Assembly (NCBI GenBank): GCA_020536535.1 | Contig: JAHLWZ010000792.1 | Coordinates: forward strand, 1 to 64,000 | Length of the DNA: 64,000 nucleotides | Reading direction: 5' to 3' | From: Pelomyxa schiedti | Taxonomy: Eukaryota; Protista; Evosea | Shown: positions 35,980 through 51,400 of the stretch, in pieces | Numbering within the stretch: position 1 is the stretch's first letter | Layout: every line of letters begins with the position of its first letter | The notes under the pieces: model-generated | What the model was told of the DNA's origin: nothing | The model's input: the letters and a program-made list of their open reading frames with translations, nothing else | Database searches by the model: none | Program-made: the position numbers and the translations under genes

Positions 35980-38008
35980 ATGGCGGCCGTAGCGGATCAC
36001 AACGAAGACGTTTATCGTATTGCACAGCATATAGGACCAAAGTGCGCTGAGTTAATAAGGAGGGCTATTGACGCAGGAATCGTGTTTGCCCACAATGTGG
36101 AGGACGTCGATGAGGCGATCTTCTTAGTCAAACTATGCCGCGCTTGGCTGGCCGTAAACTCTGATAGATCTCTCAGCGGCGACACTGCGACTGTCGTTAA
36201 TACAACTGACGTTACCGCCACGAGCGGCCCGGGCGTTACGGCAACAACCGTGGGCACATCTACGCCACATCGGGATCCCGACGAGCTGGTAAGGTCACTC
36301 GTGGAGCCTAGCCCTCGCTCTTTGGATATTTCTGTTAGTTTGACTGATGCGTGTGGCAACGGGTGCCTTCACTGCTCCACGTGTGCGCTCCCTGGGGGCG
36401 CAAGTGTTCCGTTCTCTAGAATTGGACCTGTATGTATATTTCATTTCACTGAAACTTCTTTCTATATTTTCCATCTCACGCTGGTTAGGCTCTGTCTGGT
36501 GCTGCACAGTTTGCAAAAATTCTACATATTGCGTGTGAGGGTGATCCTATGTTTTACTTTTCCGAGGGCCATGACATTGCTGATGTTGTAAGTTTGCTAT
36601 GGGGCTTAGGATTTAGCACAGTGTCAGTTCAATTCCTCCCTCCCATGCCTGCAAAACATCAAGTTCTACAGCGACTACTTGCAGCGTTAGAAACGGAGGT
36701 TTCCAATAGGCGTTCAGCTGCAACAACTCTTCCTACTCCTAGTTCCTCTTCACCTACAGCCACTACCGAAGAGAACCCACTTGACGAGCAATGCTATCAC
36801 GCATTCCCTCCTTTGAACCCAGTTGTTTCATTCAATTTATACTCGCCTAGATGCGGTATCACCCTTAAAGAAGCACCAAGCACTCGAAAATACATGATTT
36901 CTGGTTTTGGTACCAGACAGCACAGTATTGTTTTCACATTCTGTAACGTAACCTGACTCCTGTTAGGCTTGGAATGGTTCGAAGCTCACATGCATCCTGC
37001 AGATTTTTACGAAGTGCCAAAACTGGCTCAATTTTTTTCTGATGTAAAGTATACCATTGTAGAACTTGCTAAACGCGACTTGCCAATCAACTTTGAACTC
37101 CGTGGTGATCCATATAGTGCAGTGAGTCTGAATATGATTAACCCATTTTCCTTCTGAAACTCTTCAGACAACCGATCTCATTACCACCAAAGAAGTCTTG
37201 CTTAAGCTTTTGTCTGTTATTGAAAAGGAAAATCCGTCAGTTAAATTTCCGAAGTGTTCTATGTACCGACTCTCTTACTTTTTTATGGCTCATAAGCGAA
37301 AGGTGTGATACTGTCCACTACCCCATAGATCCAAAAACGATAGTTCCACTTGGTCGCGCAACGACACTTTTTCCCAATGGAAAAGAGAAAGAGGCGAACT
37401 TCTTTGAACAGTACCTCCGTGCTCATGATATTTTCTATTAATGACCTTCCCAGGCACGTGAAAGTTAACACTATGAAGTATCTATGTGAAAACTGGGGAA
37501 CGTACAACGCAATTGTAATTGACACGCGTGGGTATCCCCAACTTTGTTATTCAAACTTGGCTTTGATGCCTCACGTGAGCAAATTCCACATGGGAAGGGT
37601 GACTGCTAAGGATCACGTGGTGTTGGTTTTGTGCAGGTAAGAACCACAAATGGACCCAACATGTATTCCCCCAGAGGCTTTGCTGAAATCCTTGAATTTC
37701 ACACCAAGGTACATAAACCACCAACAAACCCCCAACGGAAACGAAACAACCCCAAACCGCACACCACTCACGGCACAAACAGATGTGGACTGATAGGTTG
37801 ACCTACATACGGGACCACCTCCCAGAACTCCTAAGACGGAGGCCAAACGAGAACTACTGCCCTCTCGACATGTTCCGCACCACCAACAAGGAATTCCTGC
37901 AAACCGTATGTTCCTTTTGCCTTTTGTTTCGCCCTATGATTGCGTGGCACTCACTCTCTCCGGTAGGTCTGCGACGGCCGCACCTGCCACTCTTTCACCG
38001 ACTGGTGA
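35980..38008 (+). CDS. Radical SAM superfamily protein, multi-exon
   Basis: SLTDACGNGCLHCS gives CxxxCxxC, followed by CEGDP, VSFN and IVPLGRA. Cys-containing C-terminus (LCEN..PQLCY..NYCP..VCDGRTCH). Confidence 0.75.
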
Positions 38009-38214
38009 AATGAAGTCCAACTAGGACCCTGGTCTTTGTGCGGAATCTCCGTAAATCTTAAACTTCATCATCTTCGGGTACCGCACTTGCCAAGTTCGGA
38101 CGAGGAAAAAGGCGTTGTCAAAGATGGAAAGGGAAAAGAAGAACCAATTACCGGGCCCGTTTTCGTTTGAAAAAGCGGGAGAAAAAAGAAAGAAAAAATA
38201 AACCATCAACTTTG

Positions 38215-40667
38215 ATGAAGCACCACCATCACGGCAAAGAGAAGGATCCGCAACAACGGACCCATAAGTCGGTTATCAAGGCAAAAATAAAAGCTGGCTT
38301 GAAATTAAGGTCCCCACGAGAACTGATGCTCGACAACCTTGGTAGTTTTCCAAACATAACATAAAGTTCCACACATATATAAAAGCACTCCAACTATAAA
38401 CTAAAAACCAAACCACCTACTAGAAATTGGGGCATTGTTGCCAGAATTGTGTAAACAAATGGGGGCTTTTCAAACTCTTTCACTACGTGGAAACTCCCTT
38501 GCCACTTTGCCATCACAAGTGAGCCAGTGGGGTGGAGTTCAAACTGCACTTTTTGATGACAACTCACTCAATTGCTTACCCCGCGAATTGTCATTGGTTC
38601 CTTGTTTGACAACTTTGTCACTGGCTGGAAATCAACTGGCATCTGATTCATTTCCCTCATCTCTTCCGCCATCATTAACGACTCTCAACCTATCGCGGAA
38701 TTGCTTTACTGAGTGTGCTTCCATTCTTCAATCTCTCACCACTCATAATTTTCAGTCTACCAGTGGGATTGGCCATGAGTAACATAACAAATCTTGATTT
38801 GTCTCGCAATGACATAACGAACATGGATCTCATCTGTCTGATGCCAGCACTCCAGCAACTTCGTTTGTCACACAACCGAATTGCAATATTGCCCAGTAAA
38901 TTGCCTCAGCTCGCGGACACACTTACTCACCTTTATTTGGACTTCAACATGATGGCTGGAGCAGCACCTCTGCAACTTTGTTCTTTGGGAAAATTGCAAG
39001 TGTTATCTCTTGCAGGTCAGGGATAAATTCACTTTCCAATGCTTAATATCTATTTTGCACTTTGTAGGTAACAGATTAGACTCAGTGAATACTGGGTTCT
39101 TCCCAGCCTTAAAGCATCTCATTGAATTAGACCTCAGCTCTAATATGCTTTCTGAATTGCCACCTGATGTTTCTCTCAACAATAAAACATGCTTCACCTC
39201 ACATATTTGTAGGTCAGCACTCTAGTTGCTCTACAGATGTTACAGGTGGAAAATAACACGCTAACAAGTGTCCCACAAGAACTGGGGAATATTCCTCTTG
39301 TTGCGCTTTTGTTATCGGTAAGTAATAGTATGCAGGAAGTGAGAACTCATTTTTTGAAAGAGCAACAAAATACATGATCTCCCCTATGAGCTTTCAAACC
39401 TGCAACCTACTTTACGACATCTCGATCTCTCGGGTAATCCCCTGAGCCCACAGCTTGATGCAGCAGTAAAAAAGGATAATGTCATGGCTTTCTTGAAGAA
39501 ACTTGAAGGTTTGGCTTTTTTAAAGAGTTCTCTTTTCCCTAAGTGGTTACAAAAAAAGAGCAAAGCTATCTCTCCTCTAAAGTAGCAACCCCAGCTGCCG
39601 GTATGCTTCTTGGACAAAACAGAGTTAGACGAACAAATGTAAGCTCGTCTTTACGGGGTTGCTTCTTGGATATATTTGCCCTCCCACCACCAGGGTCCAA
39701 TTCTACATCTTCCTCTCCTCCTCCAGCACCAATTTGTGCCACTCCCCGCAGCTGTTCATTTGATACAAAGAGTTTAGTTCATGTGCTCAAGGTAAGCTGT
39801 GAGGTGCTTTGGAATCCTAAAAAAAAACAGGATCCCATGGGCTTTCAGTCTTTCAGCTTATTTTTACAGGAGGAGCATGCTGAAGAAAATCTCATTTTCT
39901 GGGAAGAAACAGAGAGATTCAAACATGTCAGTGACAGGAAAAATCGGGTAATTGAGGCTCAACGGCTTTATGATAAGTATGTGGAAGCTTTCATGTTTTT
40001 CTTTTTTTGTTTTACGTTGTGTCACAGATACATATCAGAGGGAACAGCAAAATTTGAAATTAACATACCCCATGACATAAAGCAGAGGCTCACAGAAGTA
40101 GTTAGCCGTACCAGGCTTGTTTATAATGATTCTTCTGGCGCGAGACTTAAAGCACTGTCAAAAAGTGAGAGTATGCCAGCACTTTGTCCATTTCTGCTAG
40201 GCGGTAGCACTACATCATCCTCTTCAAGTAACACCTCCATTTCAGTGTCATCAACTCTATCACCAACCGCTAGCTCGGAAGAAACGCCACATACATCACC
40301 ACCAAGCTCCCTTCCAGTTTCACCGCACACTTCCCCATCTCCATCCCCATCCCCTTCACCCTCACCCTCACCCTCACCTTTGCTCACACCCACACCATCC
40401 TCTCCACATTCAACTGCTACATACCACGGCACACCGCCATCATCTCCCCTCACTATAATTCCATCTGGTGAGCAAGAACAACCAGAACCGGAAAAGGAAA
40501 ACCAAGAACCGGAGGTCGATGTGCCTCCCGATACCTTCACTAGAGCCCAGAAGGCAATTTTTGTGCTGATGGAGACTGACTCCTTTCCCAGGTTTAAAAA
40601 GAGTTACCACTACAGTATATGGAGACCAATAGCAGAGAGAGCATTGCAACCACCCGGCCAACTCTGA
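38215..40667 (+). CDS. Leucine-rich-repeat protein with C-terminal RGS domain
   Basis: About 10 LxxLxLxxN repeats. RGS: FSLFLQEEHAEENLIFWEE..LYDK|YI..EINIP..FTRAQKAIFVLMETDSFPRFKKS, interrupted by a S/P-rich insert. Confidence 0.88.
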
Positions 40668-40828
40668 TAATACTACCACCTAATCACCCCACTGCACTAT
40701 TGTTTGTAAGCAATAGAATTTTTTCTAAAAGTAGGCAAACAAAGCTTGTTTTCAGAAACCTTAAAAATATCCATCAAATATCCTCATCGCCTTTTTTTTT
40801 CAGGAAATCCCAAGGCGAAATCGAAACG

Positions 40829-41637
40829 ATGGCGTCGACCTTCACAGCGGCCGGCATAAGCCACGAGTGGCGCGTAATTATGGAAGCAGCATTGGGCGAC
40901 GACTGGGAGCGACTTGTGGGATGGGTGCCGTCGTCCAGCGGGTCAGCGGGAGGCGGCGGGACAAGTTGGGTGTCGTCGACGTCCACCACCACGACCACGT
41001 CGTCGGGCGGGCCCAAGTTGTCCTCGTCGTCGTCGGGCGCGTCGGCGTCGTCGGGATCGTCGGGGTCGCTGCGGGATTTCCCGGATAGAAAGGCGCGGCT
41101 GAGCAACGCGATAATGAGGTGCCTGAAACCCGGCGCCGCAGCGCCCGCGACAAAAACAATCGAATGGTTACCTCCCATAACCGATATTGGTGTGTTAACT
41201 GTGCCCCCTTTTTTTTTCCCTTTTTCTTCTTGTTCCCCCACTCACTCCCGGACTAATACACAAAAACACAACAGATATCATAAGAGTAATCCCAATGCTG
41301 AGTGAAGCAATCAAATGGGATAAATCTTTTAGAGATTTGCAGGGACACGAACTCAAGCTTATAACAGTAACCTATTCTCCTTTCCATTACAGTTTATCCT
41401 CACAATTAAAAACAACAACAAACCAATAGCGTACACAACTGAAGAAAGAAACCGGCTATACAAACGGATACAGATGCGATATATGCATGTCATCAGGATC
41501 CAACATGGGTGACCCTATGCATTGCTCCGAGTGCAAATATGGTAATCGTTCCCAGTTAAATTATGTATATATATGGTGCCAACTCCCCCAAAGATATATG
41601 CCCAGCATGTGTAAAAAGACAGCAAGACGCTATGTAG
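40829..41637 (+). CDS. Small protein with C-terminal Cys/His zinc finger (ZZ/DC1-like)
   Basis: Spliced C-terminus GHELKL..GYRCDIC..MHCSECKY|DICPACV, stop TAG at 41635-41637. Confidence 0.7.
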
Positions 41638-42090
41638 TTAGTATATGTTATTTTTGTACAATTTTCCAAAAAAAACTTTTGGCCTATGAATTTTTCGTAG
41701 TGTTGTCCAGCTGAACCTCGGCAAGCGTTACACTTTCACCCACATAAAACTCTTCTAACACCTCACTCGGAATAGCCCCAGCAGATTAAAAAAAAAAAAG
41801 CCGAACGTTTTTCTAAACCACAAATCAAAAAAGGAAAAGAACAAAAAAAAAAAAAGTGCCTCCCCAACATCACAAAACAACAACATCACATTCCCCTCTT
41901 TCGTCCCCCACAACCCACCCACCCGCCCCCTCTTTTTATTTTCCTTGTTCCTTGTCTGATCTTACTACGTTAAAACAAAACAGACACACACGTGCAGTGT
42001 GGTTTTTGCCTCTCAAGGTTTCAAGAGCATCAGTCTCAATCTTTCGGCCTCGTCGTAATCAACAAATCAAGCAATTGACTTTGGTCAACA

Positions 42091-43421
<1,331 letters not shown>

Positions 43422-43496
43422 ACAACCAATACAAGTATTTCTAAGGAAACACTAGTTTTTTTGTTTTGTACTTATAATAATCAAAGGCCAACCAAG

Positions 43497-46493
43497 TTAA
43501 TGGTTGCCATTTTGTTGTGGTGTGGTGTTGGTTGTATTGATGTAGTTGTTGAGGTGTTCTGTGGCTTTGGTTGCACCCTGTTGAGTGTGTTGGTTTTGAT
43601 GATCTCAACGAGGAGCATTATTACCTGGTCAATAGCATACTTCCAAAGTCTTATAGCTTCACGTATATCTTTGCTAACACCTTAAATTGGTTACAACAAA
43701 CCACATTCCAGAAGCAAAGCCTACCATGCCCGTTTTCATAACATAGCCCCAGTCGCATAAGACTTTGCCCGTGTCCCTGATCGGCGGCAAGTGAATATAA
43801 CTTAATGGCCTCATTTGTGTCCCGGGGTATGCCATCCCCAGCATCGTGGCGTTGTGCCAGATAGAACTGTGCTCTGGAACGGAAATATTAGTGACAACTT
43901 AGAGGAAGGTAGAACTTGCCTTGGGTATCCATTTTCTGCAGAGAGCTTGTAGTATTTAACAGCCTCAGGAATGTCCTGTAGTGGATTACATGCAGGAAAA
44001 TAATGGTGTATTAGGAGCAATGCCTTTTGTACACCCTTACCGTTTGCGTAACATACTCCTAGGCAACAGAGCGCTCGTGCTAGTCCTCGCTCTGCTGCCA
44101 GTCTGTAAAGCCTAACTGCTTCCTCAGGGTTCTTTTGTTAAGAGTGAGGCACAGCTAGAGAAACTGGTCACTTGCCTGTGTTACCCCTATTCCATTTTCA
44201 TAACATACTCCAAGGCAACACAGAGCTTGAGCTAAGCCTTGCACCTCGGATGCTGCTAAAGTGTACAATCTTACAGCTTTATATACATTCTTTTCACAGT
44301 GAGAAGAGTGAAATAAATAAATAAAATGGAAGAAAACCTTTTCTACTCCACGTCCATTTTCATGACAAACACCAAGCCAACATTGCCCCTTACATATTTG
44401 TGAGTGCTAAGAGAAAAGGGGAAAAAGAAACCTGGGCTAAATTTTGATCTGCTGCACATTTGTAAAGTCGGGCAGCTTCCTCTATATCTGTTATCAATTG
44501 TCATTGACGTGAAATGATTATGGTCCATACCCTTTCTTACGCCAGATCCATGCTCATAGCACACTCCTGTGGGGAAGAAGGCCCAAGTAAATCGTTTTCT
44601 CTTCATGGAGACAAAAAACATACGCCATACCAAGCCAGGCTTGTGCAGGAGCATATCCCCGTGAAGCAGCAATTGATGCAACATTGGCAGCTTCAGCACT
44701 GTTATGACGCACGTTTCTAAGCCAAGAGGCTTTCACTACAAACCACCCAAGTGAAGAGGGGTCTCGTGAAAAATAGTGCTCAGCTTGTTTCTGCGCCTCT
44801 GGGGGAGCCCCCTGTGCTTTTCGATTGAGCATGCCTATGTGATCTTTAAACGCGGCATCAGCGGATGGCCAATTAAAGTTCCGAGGAAAGTATAGCCTCA
44901 TTGCCCGAAGTGCCAGTATAGCTGGAATAAATGTTTCATCAAGCCGAAGCGATTCCTCAAGAAGAAGACGAGCATGGGGTGTATGCAGTACAGAAATTGC
45001 TTCCGCAGTGAGCCTATCCACTGGAATGGCTTAGGCTTCCAACAAAAAAAGCAAAAAAAGAGACTCACCTGTGTGTGGGGTGGTAACGCTTAGGTTTAAG
45101 GGTGGGGATCCCTTTTGTAAACAACATGAAAAAAGGAAATAATAAAAAAGGGAAAACCTGAATGCCAAGTATTTGTAACATTGAACAAACTGTTGGTCGG
45201 AGGTTGATATCCTTAGTAAGGAGTCGATTGAGCAAATTAGCTAATTCAGGAGGAGATTCTGGGGGAAGCAATTCGGAGGGTAATAGGTGTCTATCTTCTG
45301 GGGTATACTGCCTATTGAGAAGCAAATGAAACAAGATTGCTCCTACACCCCAGAGTTCTGCCCTGCTTAGATCTACAAGTTTGCTTGGGAGGGAGGTGGA
45401 TATGCATTGGGATGGATGGACTGTACTACATAGGGAACAAGGGGGTGGAAGAGCAAAAACGGCCGGAATTGCATATGCTGTGGTGTTCTCAGTGTGGTTT
45501 GGGTGCTCAGATTCTGGATTGACAGTGACTACATCAGCTCTGTCAAATCCACCAATTTGTAGAAAATTTTCTTGGGTGACAAAAAAGGAGTTCAGCCGCA
45601 AGGTAGTATGAAACACAAGGTTGCTGTGAATGAAGCGCAAGCATAGTAGTACCTGCACGATGTAGTCTTTTATGCGTTCTGCAGGCAACCCCTAATTTAC
45701 TTGTGAGTTATGAGGTCACAAACCCCACCAAAAGTAAAAGAAAAAGAAAAAAGTGTACCTGGTACTTGATATCACTGAGAGTGTTCAATTTAGCATATAA
45801 AAAACACTTGACACGCACACCTCCATTGATGACTTGCGAAAAAAATACAGGTGGTATTAAATTCCGGTGTGATAAAGCTTCAAAGCGAGTTCCAGTAAAA
45901 GATACACCTTTATCTGGTGCCATTTCAGGGTTCTTGGCTGGACATGTTCCACTTCTGTCACCAACACCACAGGGGTATTTATTTACAAAGGGTTCGATTG
46001 TCGTTGTTTCCGTCTTGGACGATGGTGAACTTGCAGGGTCTGTACTGGAAACATACTCCTCTGAGTGCGGCATAAAAAGTGGCCATATTGACTTCTCATT
46101 GATGACATCACAAAAGGAACCATAAAATGGAAGTAATCGGGGATTATAGGGGAGATGCCGAAGAACTCTTTCTTCGTACTCGAACGGGCACAGCCTTTTT
46201 GGTTGTGTTTATTGTTTGTCAGGTGTTTGATGGCAGCATACCCTGATTGCTCGTCGTAGTTGAATATAACTTTCATAACTAATGATGTGGGAAGATCTGG
46301 AGGGAGACCAGGTGCCGTGGCATGCCCTATAATGATATTTTGCTCGCTTTTTAACCTCAGAACGTGGCCTCAAAAAGAAAAACTCACTCGTAACATGATA
46401 CGTAGCCTGGTCCGATTCCTGATTGCCTATCACCGACACAACCTCAAAACAACTCAGGAGTGACCCCTCACGCACACTACTACCCCCTTGCAT
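43497..46493 (-). CDS. Pseudokinase with C-terminal Sel1 repeats, multi-exon
   Basis: Kinase C-lobe QVLLCLRFIHSNLVFHTTLRLNSFFV..QIGGFD..ELWGVGAILF..LLTKDINLRPT lacks HRD and DFG. About 6 Sel1 repeats (LGVCYENGIGV..EAVRLYRLAAERG). The start is uncertain. Confidence 0.75.
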
Positions 46494-46846
46494 TTCCAAC
46501 AATCCACACGGCCACAAAGACAAACTCACAGCACGAAGATCTACCACGAGTTGCGGCCAAGGGTTTTTTTTAATAAATACCGATACCACAAGCAATGGAG
46601 GAAAAGAAAAAGTGAAATGTCGCGTAAAATTTGGCGCCGGCACCTCGTGCCAATCACCCACAGAAACATTATGGAACGATGGAAGGTGCTTCCATTTTTT
46701 ATTTCATCTCGTTACACAGAAAAGTGAAGAAACTGTACCAAACGAAAAAGCCGAGAAACTGGAAGCAAACATTTCATTTGCCAAGCTTTTTTTCTTTGTT
46801 ACCCCAAGCCCAAACTACAAACATAGGACAAATAATAAGGAATGAA

Positions 46847-49800
46847 TTACTTGCAGAGGAACGCAGCCAGTTGCTGTGCCAACAAGGTTGCAGCAGCCGC
46901 ATTCTTGCTGTAGGCAGAGAGAATTCCAAGTCCAGAAGAGGGGTCAACTTGCACTGAAATAAGTACTGGTGCACTATCAAGGAGGAATTCTCCATAGAAC
47001 ATTTCAACAGTACCGGCCGAGCTACCGACGATGTGCGCAATGTGCACGAATTGCTGCGGTTGTTTGTTATTGGGGGAATGTTAGTCCAAGTGGGTGGTTG
47101 GTAAGATCATGCCTGGACTCCCTCCGGCAGTTCAGAGGCTGATTCAGGATCTAAACGAACAGGCACATCTATTTGTCCATCCTCACTCTCACTGAGGGTG
47201 TCTGGGGTACATTAGAATAAGGCAACATGACGTTTGATAGCAAACTCTGAAGAGTGAGAAACTCTGTTTCGGTTATTTCCTTTGGTCTTACCAGGTCTCC
47301 AATAGGGGGGTCAATTGAAATCGGAATAATCCCAAGGGACGACCTTTGCTGGTTAGATGTTTTGTTGCCCATCTCTTCTTACCCAATGTTAAATTTGGCA
47401 GGTTTCAAGTCAGAGTATTTTACTGAAAGGATTACATTGGCAGACCCCCCAGGTGCAAGTTCCCCAATGTCACTGAATGGAACAATTTGTATTCCTTCAT
47501 CATTGGGCTGCAGGTACGATCGATTAAAAAAAAATGGAGAAGACAGTAACAGGAGAACTCTTAGCCATACCCCGGCCTCAAATTTGATTTTGGTGATGGG
47601 TTCTGCTTTTTCATTTTTGAATGAAAGCTGGAAAATACAACAATCTGGAGGTGTTGGCTGTGTGCAACTCCTCAAGCAGCAGTAATCTACAGCTAAACCA
47701 CTAGTTGCCTCAGAGGTAATGAGATGTATACTCTCAGAGATACGTGGACCAGAGTAGCTGTGTGACTGTTGTGACAATGAGAAAAACCTTATTTCTATGA
47801 GACATTACCTGTCTGGGTTGTTCTGCTGCTGCTGTGTCACCACCCGCATCCCCCCCTGTGAAAAGTATTAAATAGTCTGCAAAGGAAACATTAGGTCACA
47901 CCAAATAAGTCTTCAACGCTGTCCTTCCGTACTTTAGGAGTGGCTGGAGATTCTGCGGTTGTAGTTGTAGTAACAGACTTATTTTTTGTTGCTTTAGTTT
48001 TAGGTACAATATTGCCCCATTCATCTTCCTCTTCCTCCTCCTCCTCGTCCTCGTCCTGATCTTCCTCATCCTCACCCTCCTCATCTTCATCTGGTTCTAA
48101 CTTTTCTACATCAATCCAACCGTCGTCATCCCCTGTATCCACACTGAAGTGTAGAATTAAGAAAGACCAATTGGCAAATGCATACTGCTCAATCCATCCG
48201 TCGTCGGCGTCGGCACTGGCAGAAGCTACAGGATGAGCAAAAGGTCCTTGCTCCTCCGAAACAACTTCCGTTGAAGCTACATTCCTCACTGAAGGGTCTG
48301 GAGGCACCTAAGGATGTTTCTAGTGCGTTGGTACCCCAACACCATACCTCAGGAAAGTCCGGTAAAGGCTCGTATCCATTAACATGGTCATTGACAACAT
48401 GAGAGAGTGTACCCAGGGTGAAGTGATTTCTTACTAATAACATTAAGAGAGGGATGGAGATTTTCAAAACAACCTTCGGTTATCGATTCGACACTGGGTA
48501 CCGGTTTCCTAGTAAACAGTAGTCGGTTGCATGCAGCATGTATCTGTGTGGGCGTGGCTGTAGGAGCAAGAAGTATCTGCCGCATTACTCTGGCACGATC
48601 TCTACAAAACAAGTTTCAAAAAGGAAAGGAGTTGCGAGTTAACCTTATATCATAATTCTGATCATATTTGGCAAGTTGCAAAATATAGCGGAAAATTTGA
48701 TCAACTTTTTCTGGGATGGCAAGGAACAGTTTTGTACCAAGTGTCAGTACTTGAAGTTTTACTAACACAGACTATGAGGGAGGTAAGTTACGAAATAACT
48801 CTAACATTCATTTTCACCTCGTCAGAAAAAGACTTCGCCAGTTCTCGGAAAATATCGGCTGCGTATTGTATAATCATCTTATGATACTCTCCAATAACCC
48901 ACACAATTGATGCTCTTGCGTGAGGTGCCTTTTTTGTTTACTTATTCAGTCCAAATTACAAGGTTTTTTTTCATATTTAAAAGATAAGTGAAAGCCCACC
49001 GTCACAGTTTTTAATAACCGTGCCAAACGCAGAACAACTCTGCAATCTCGGGCACTGTCCTGGGACGGGTTGTCATTGAGGAGAAAAAGAACTTGCGACG
49101 TACTTCTTCTGTAGATGGCTGACTGGCATTAACTTGAAGAAGCTTCTTTAAAACAACAACACTTTCTGCAACAACTTCTTCACTTGTACTTGCTATAAGC
49201 TGCATCAAATGTTGTTGGCATCTTTCTGATACTTGAGGAATTGTTGTTGCGCACCTTTGAATTGGTTAGAGGCTACTACCGCTTAAGTGACATGCCTTCC
49301 GATGGCTTGTATTGTATTAGCCACAAAGACTTTATTTTCATCTGTGACGTAGGCCTTGAATTCAGACAATATTCGGCCAATATTGGTCTCATTTGCAAGG
49401 TGGGTTAAAATCTCGAGTTTAAGATTTCGTATCATCAGTGGTTCTCCCGTGTTGATGAAGAAATCCGACAGGTGATCAGTAAATATAGTCTACAGGGAAA
49501 GTAAACTTGTGTTGGTGAGTGGAGTGGAGTGTACAGGATTTTTGGAGGCCATGCTAGCAATATTGAGTAGAACGATGTAAACTCCCTCTTTATGGGAATG
49601 GAGTAATCTTATAAGAGCCCTTCCAATACGGAAGTGCTCATTGGGAGGGGCCAAATAGAAGTACAACAGGGAGGTTTCCAACACAACCTTAGAAGTTCAG
49701 GAAAAAATTGACCAATAGTTTATCCTCACCGCGCTATTATGTGACAGGAAAAGGGGTTGGGCACAAGTTAACATCAATCTGTGGTCAGGGTCCATTTCCC

Positions 49801-51135
49801 AGTCTTCAAATTCTTCAGTTTCTGTAGTGGCTGAGTCTGGATTATCCACTTCAGGTACTCTGAGAACCACTTAGAAATAGAATACAATAGGGATACTAAC
49901 TTGGTTTTTCTGTGCTTTTCGGGGTCCGGGTTGACGAATTGTGTTCTACCATACTGGCGCAGTAATTGCAAAACAGCCACCTTCATTAAAAAAAAGTTGG
50001 AACTGTGGATGAGTATTTTTGTTGGGGTTACCTGTCCCCACTCATCTATATCAGGGAGAACGTGACAAATGTGTCGGAAGTTTTGGTGGATTAAGTCGTA
50101 CCGTGTTGGGCAAACTTCCAGAAAAGCCTAAAGGAACTTGTCAAATATTGTTCCTTAAGTCCCAAATACCTGCACAGCGGAGCCAAGAACAATAGTGCTG
50201 GAGTCTCTCAGTAGTTGGGCAACCATTTCAACACATTGGTCAATTTCTCTTGGATCAAGTCTTGTATTACAACGAATTAGGAGTTGTCTCAAGAAAAAAA
50301 AAACCTTAAAATTTTGGAAATAGCATGTGCAGCAGTTTTCCTGACATAAGCTGAAGTATCCTTGACACCTTTGCCTACAGCAAGAATAATCAACTGAGTG
50401 ATATCTCGTACTTTGATGCTTGACATGGAACGCAGAGAGCTTGCTCTAATAGCTCTCAGAAGCAATTTAATATGGAACGGGCTCACCTGAGAAGTTGGTT
50501 TGGATCTAGTTGTGCCTTCTGCATACTGTTGATAGCAAGAAGGGCTTTCTGAGGTTCCATTTCTGCATAATGGACCAAATACATATAAACGAGGTTTCGA
50601 AGTTCCCTGTTTGGGGTGATAACATTTTTTACAACATCTGGAAATGCTGGCGAAACATCTTTGCCTTTAGAGTGCATCTATTTTGAATGAGTTACCACAG
50701 GCAATTGTTTCCTTTGCTGGTTTTTTTTTTTTAAGGAAAAAAACACAGGCAGCACCAGGCCTTATTACAGTATTTGTTTTAACAATACTAATTAGCACGA
50801 AATTAAGCATAATAATTGTCATCAGGAATGCTCACGCCCATCGTGAGCTTCATCCCCTGCATTTTATCCTTATCAGAAGCACTGTCCAAGCACTTCCTTA
50901 TCTCGGCCAACTTGGCGGCGCAGTTCGTGGAATCGTCGAAAAATCGCTTGTCATTGAGGCCGATCTGCGTGATCATGGATGAGATCGACTGCTGCGCCGT
51001 GTTCACGTTCAGATTTGCCAAATTGATGCCGGTTGAAACTATCGTAGTCGGCATCGGCGGCACCGTGGCGTTGTAAGATTCCGACGACACCGACGAGCTC
51101 GAGATGTTGCTGCTACCGTCACCCCCAAAACTCAT
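46847..51135 (-). CDS. AP3B: AP-3 complex beta subunit, multi-exon
   Basis: SKGKDVSPAFPDVVKNV..LVYMYLVHYAE, DPNQLLRASSLRSMSSIKV, DTSAYVRKTAAHAI, QYGRTQFVNP, YDQNYDIRDRAR, FTLGTLSH..GYEPLPDFPE and the C-terminal ear region. Confidence 0.93.
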
Positions 51136-51400
51136 TTTTTTTCGTTTAATGATCGGCTGATTTTTTCTTTCCTTTAATGGCTGATTCGGTTTCGTTTGAG
51201 AGGTCGCGAAGAGTTGTTCTGATTTTCCAGATTTATTTTTGGGTGCGGTGCAGAACAAAAAACAAAAAATTTCTCACAACGAACGTGAGGCTCACAGCGC
51301 AATTGTGTTGGAAATTCGTGTTGGGTTATTTGCAAAATCCCAATGTGGAAATGACTATGCTGTACGGTTGGTAATTGTGATTGGGGTGTGACATTCGGCA

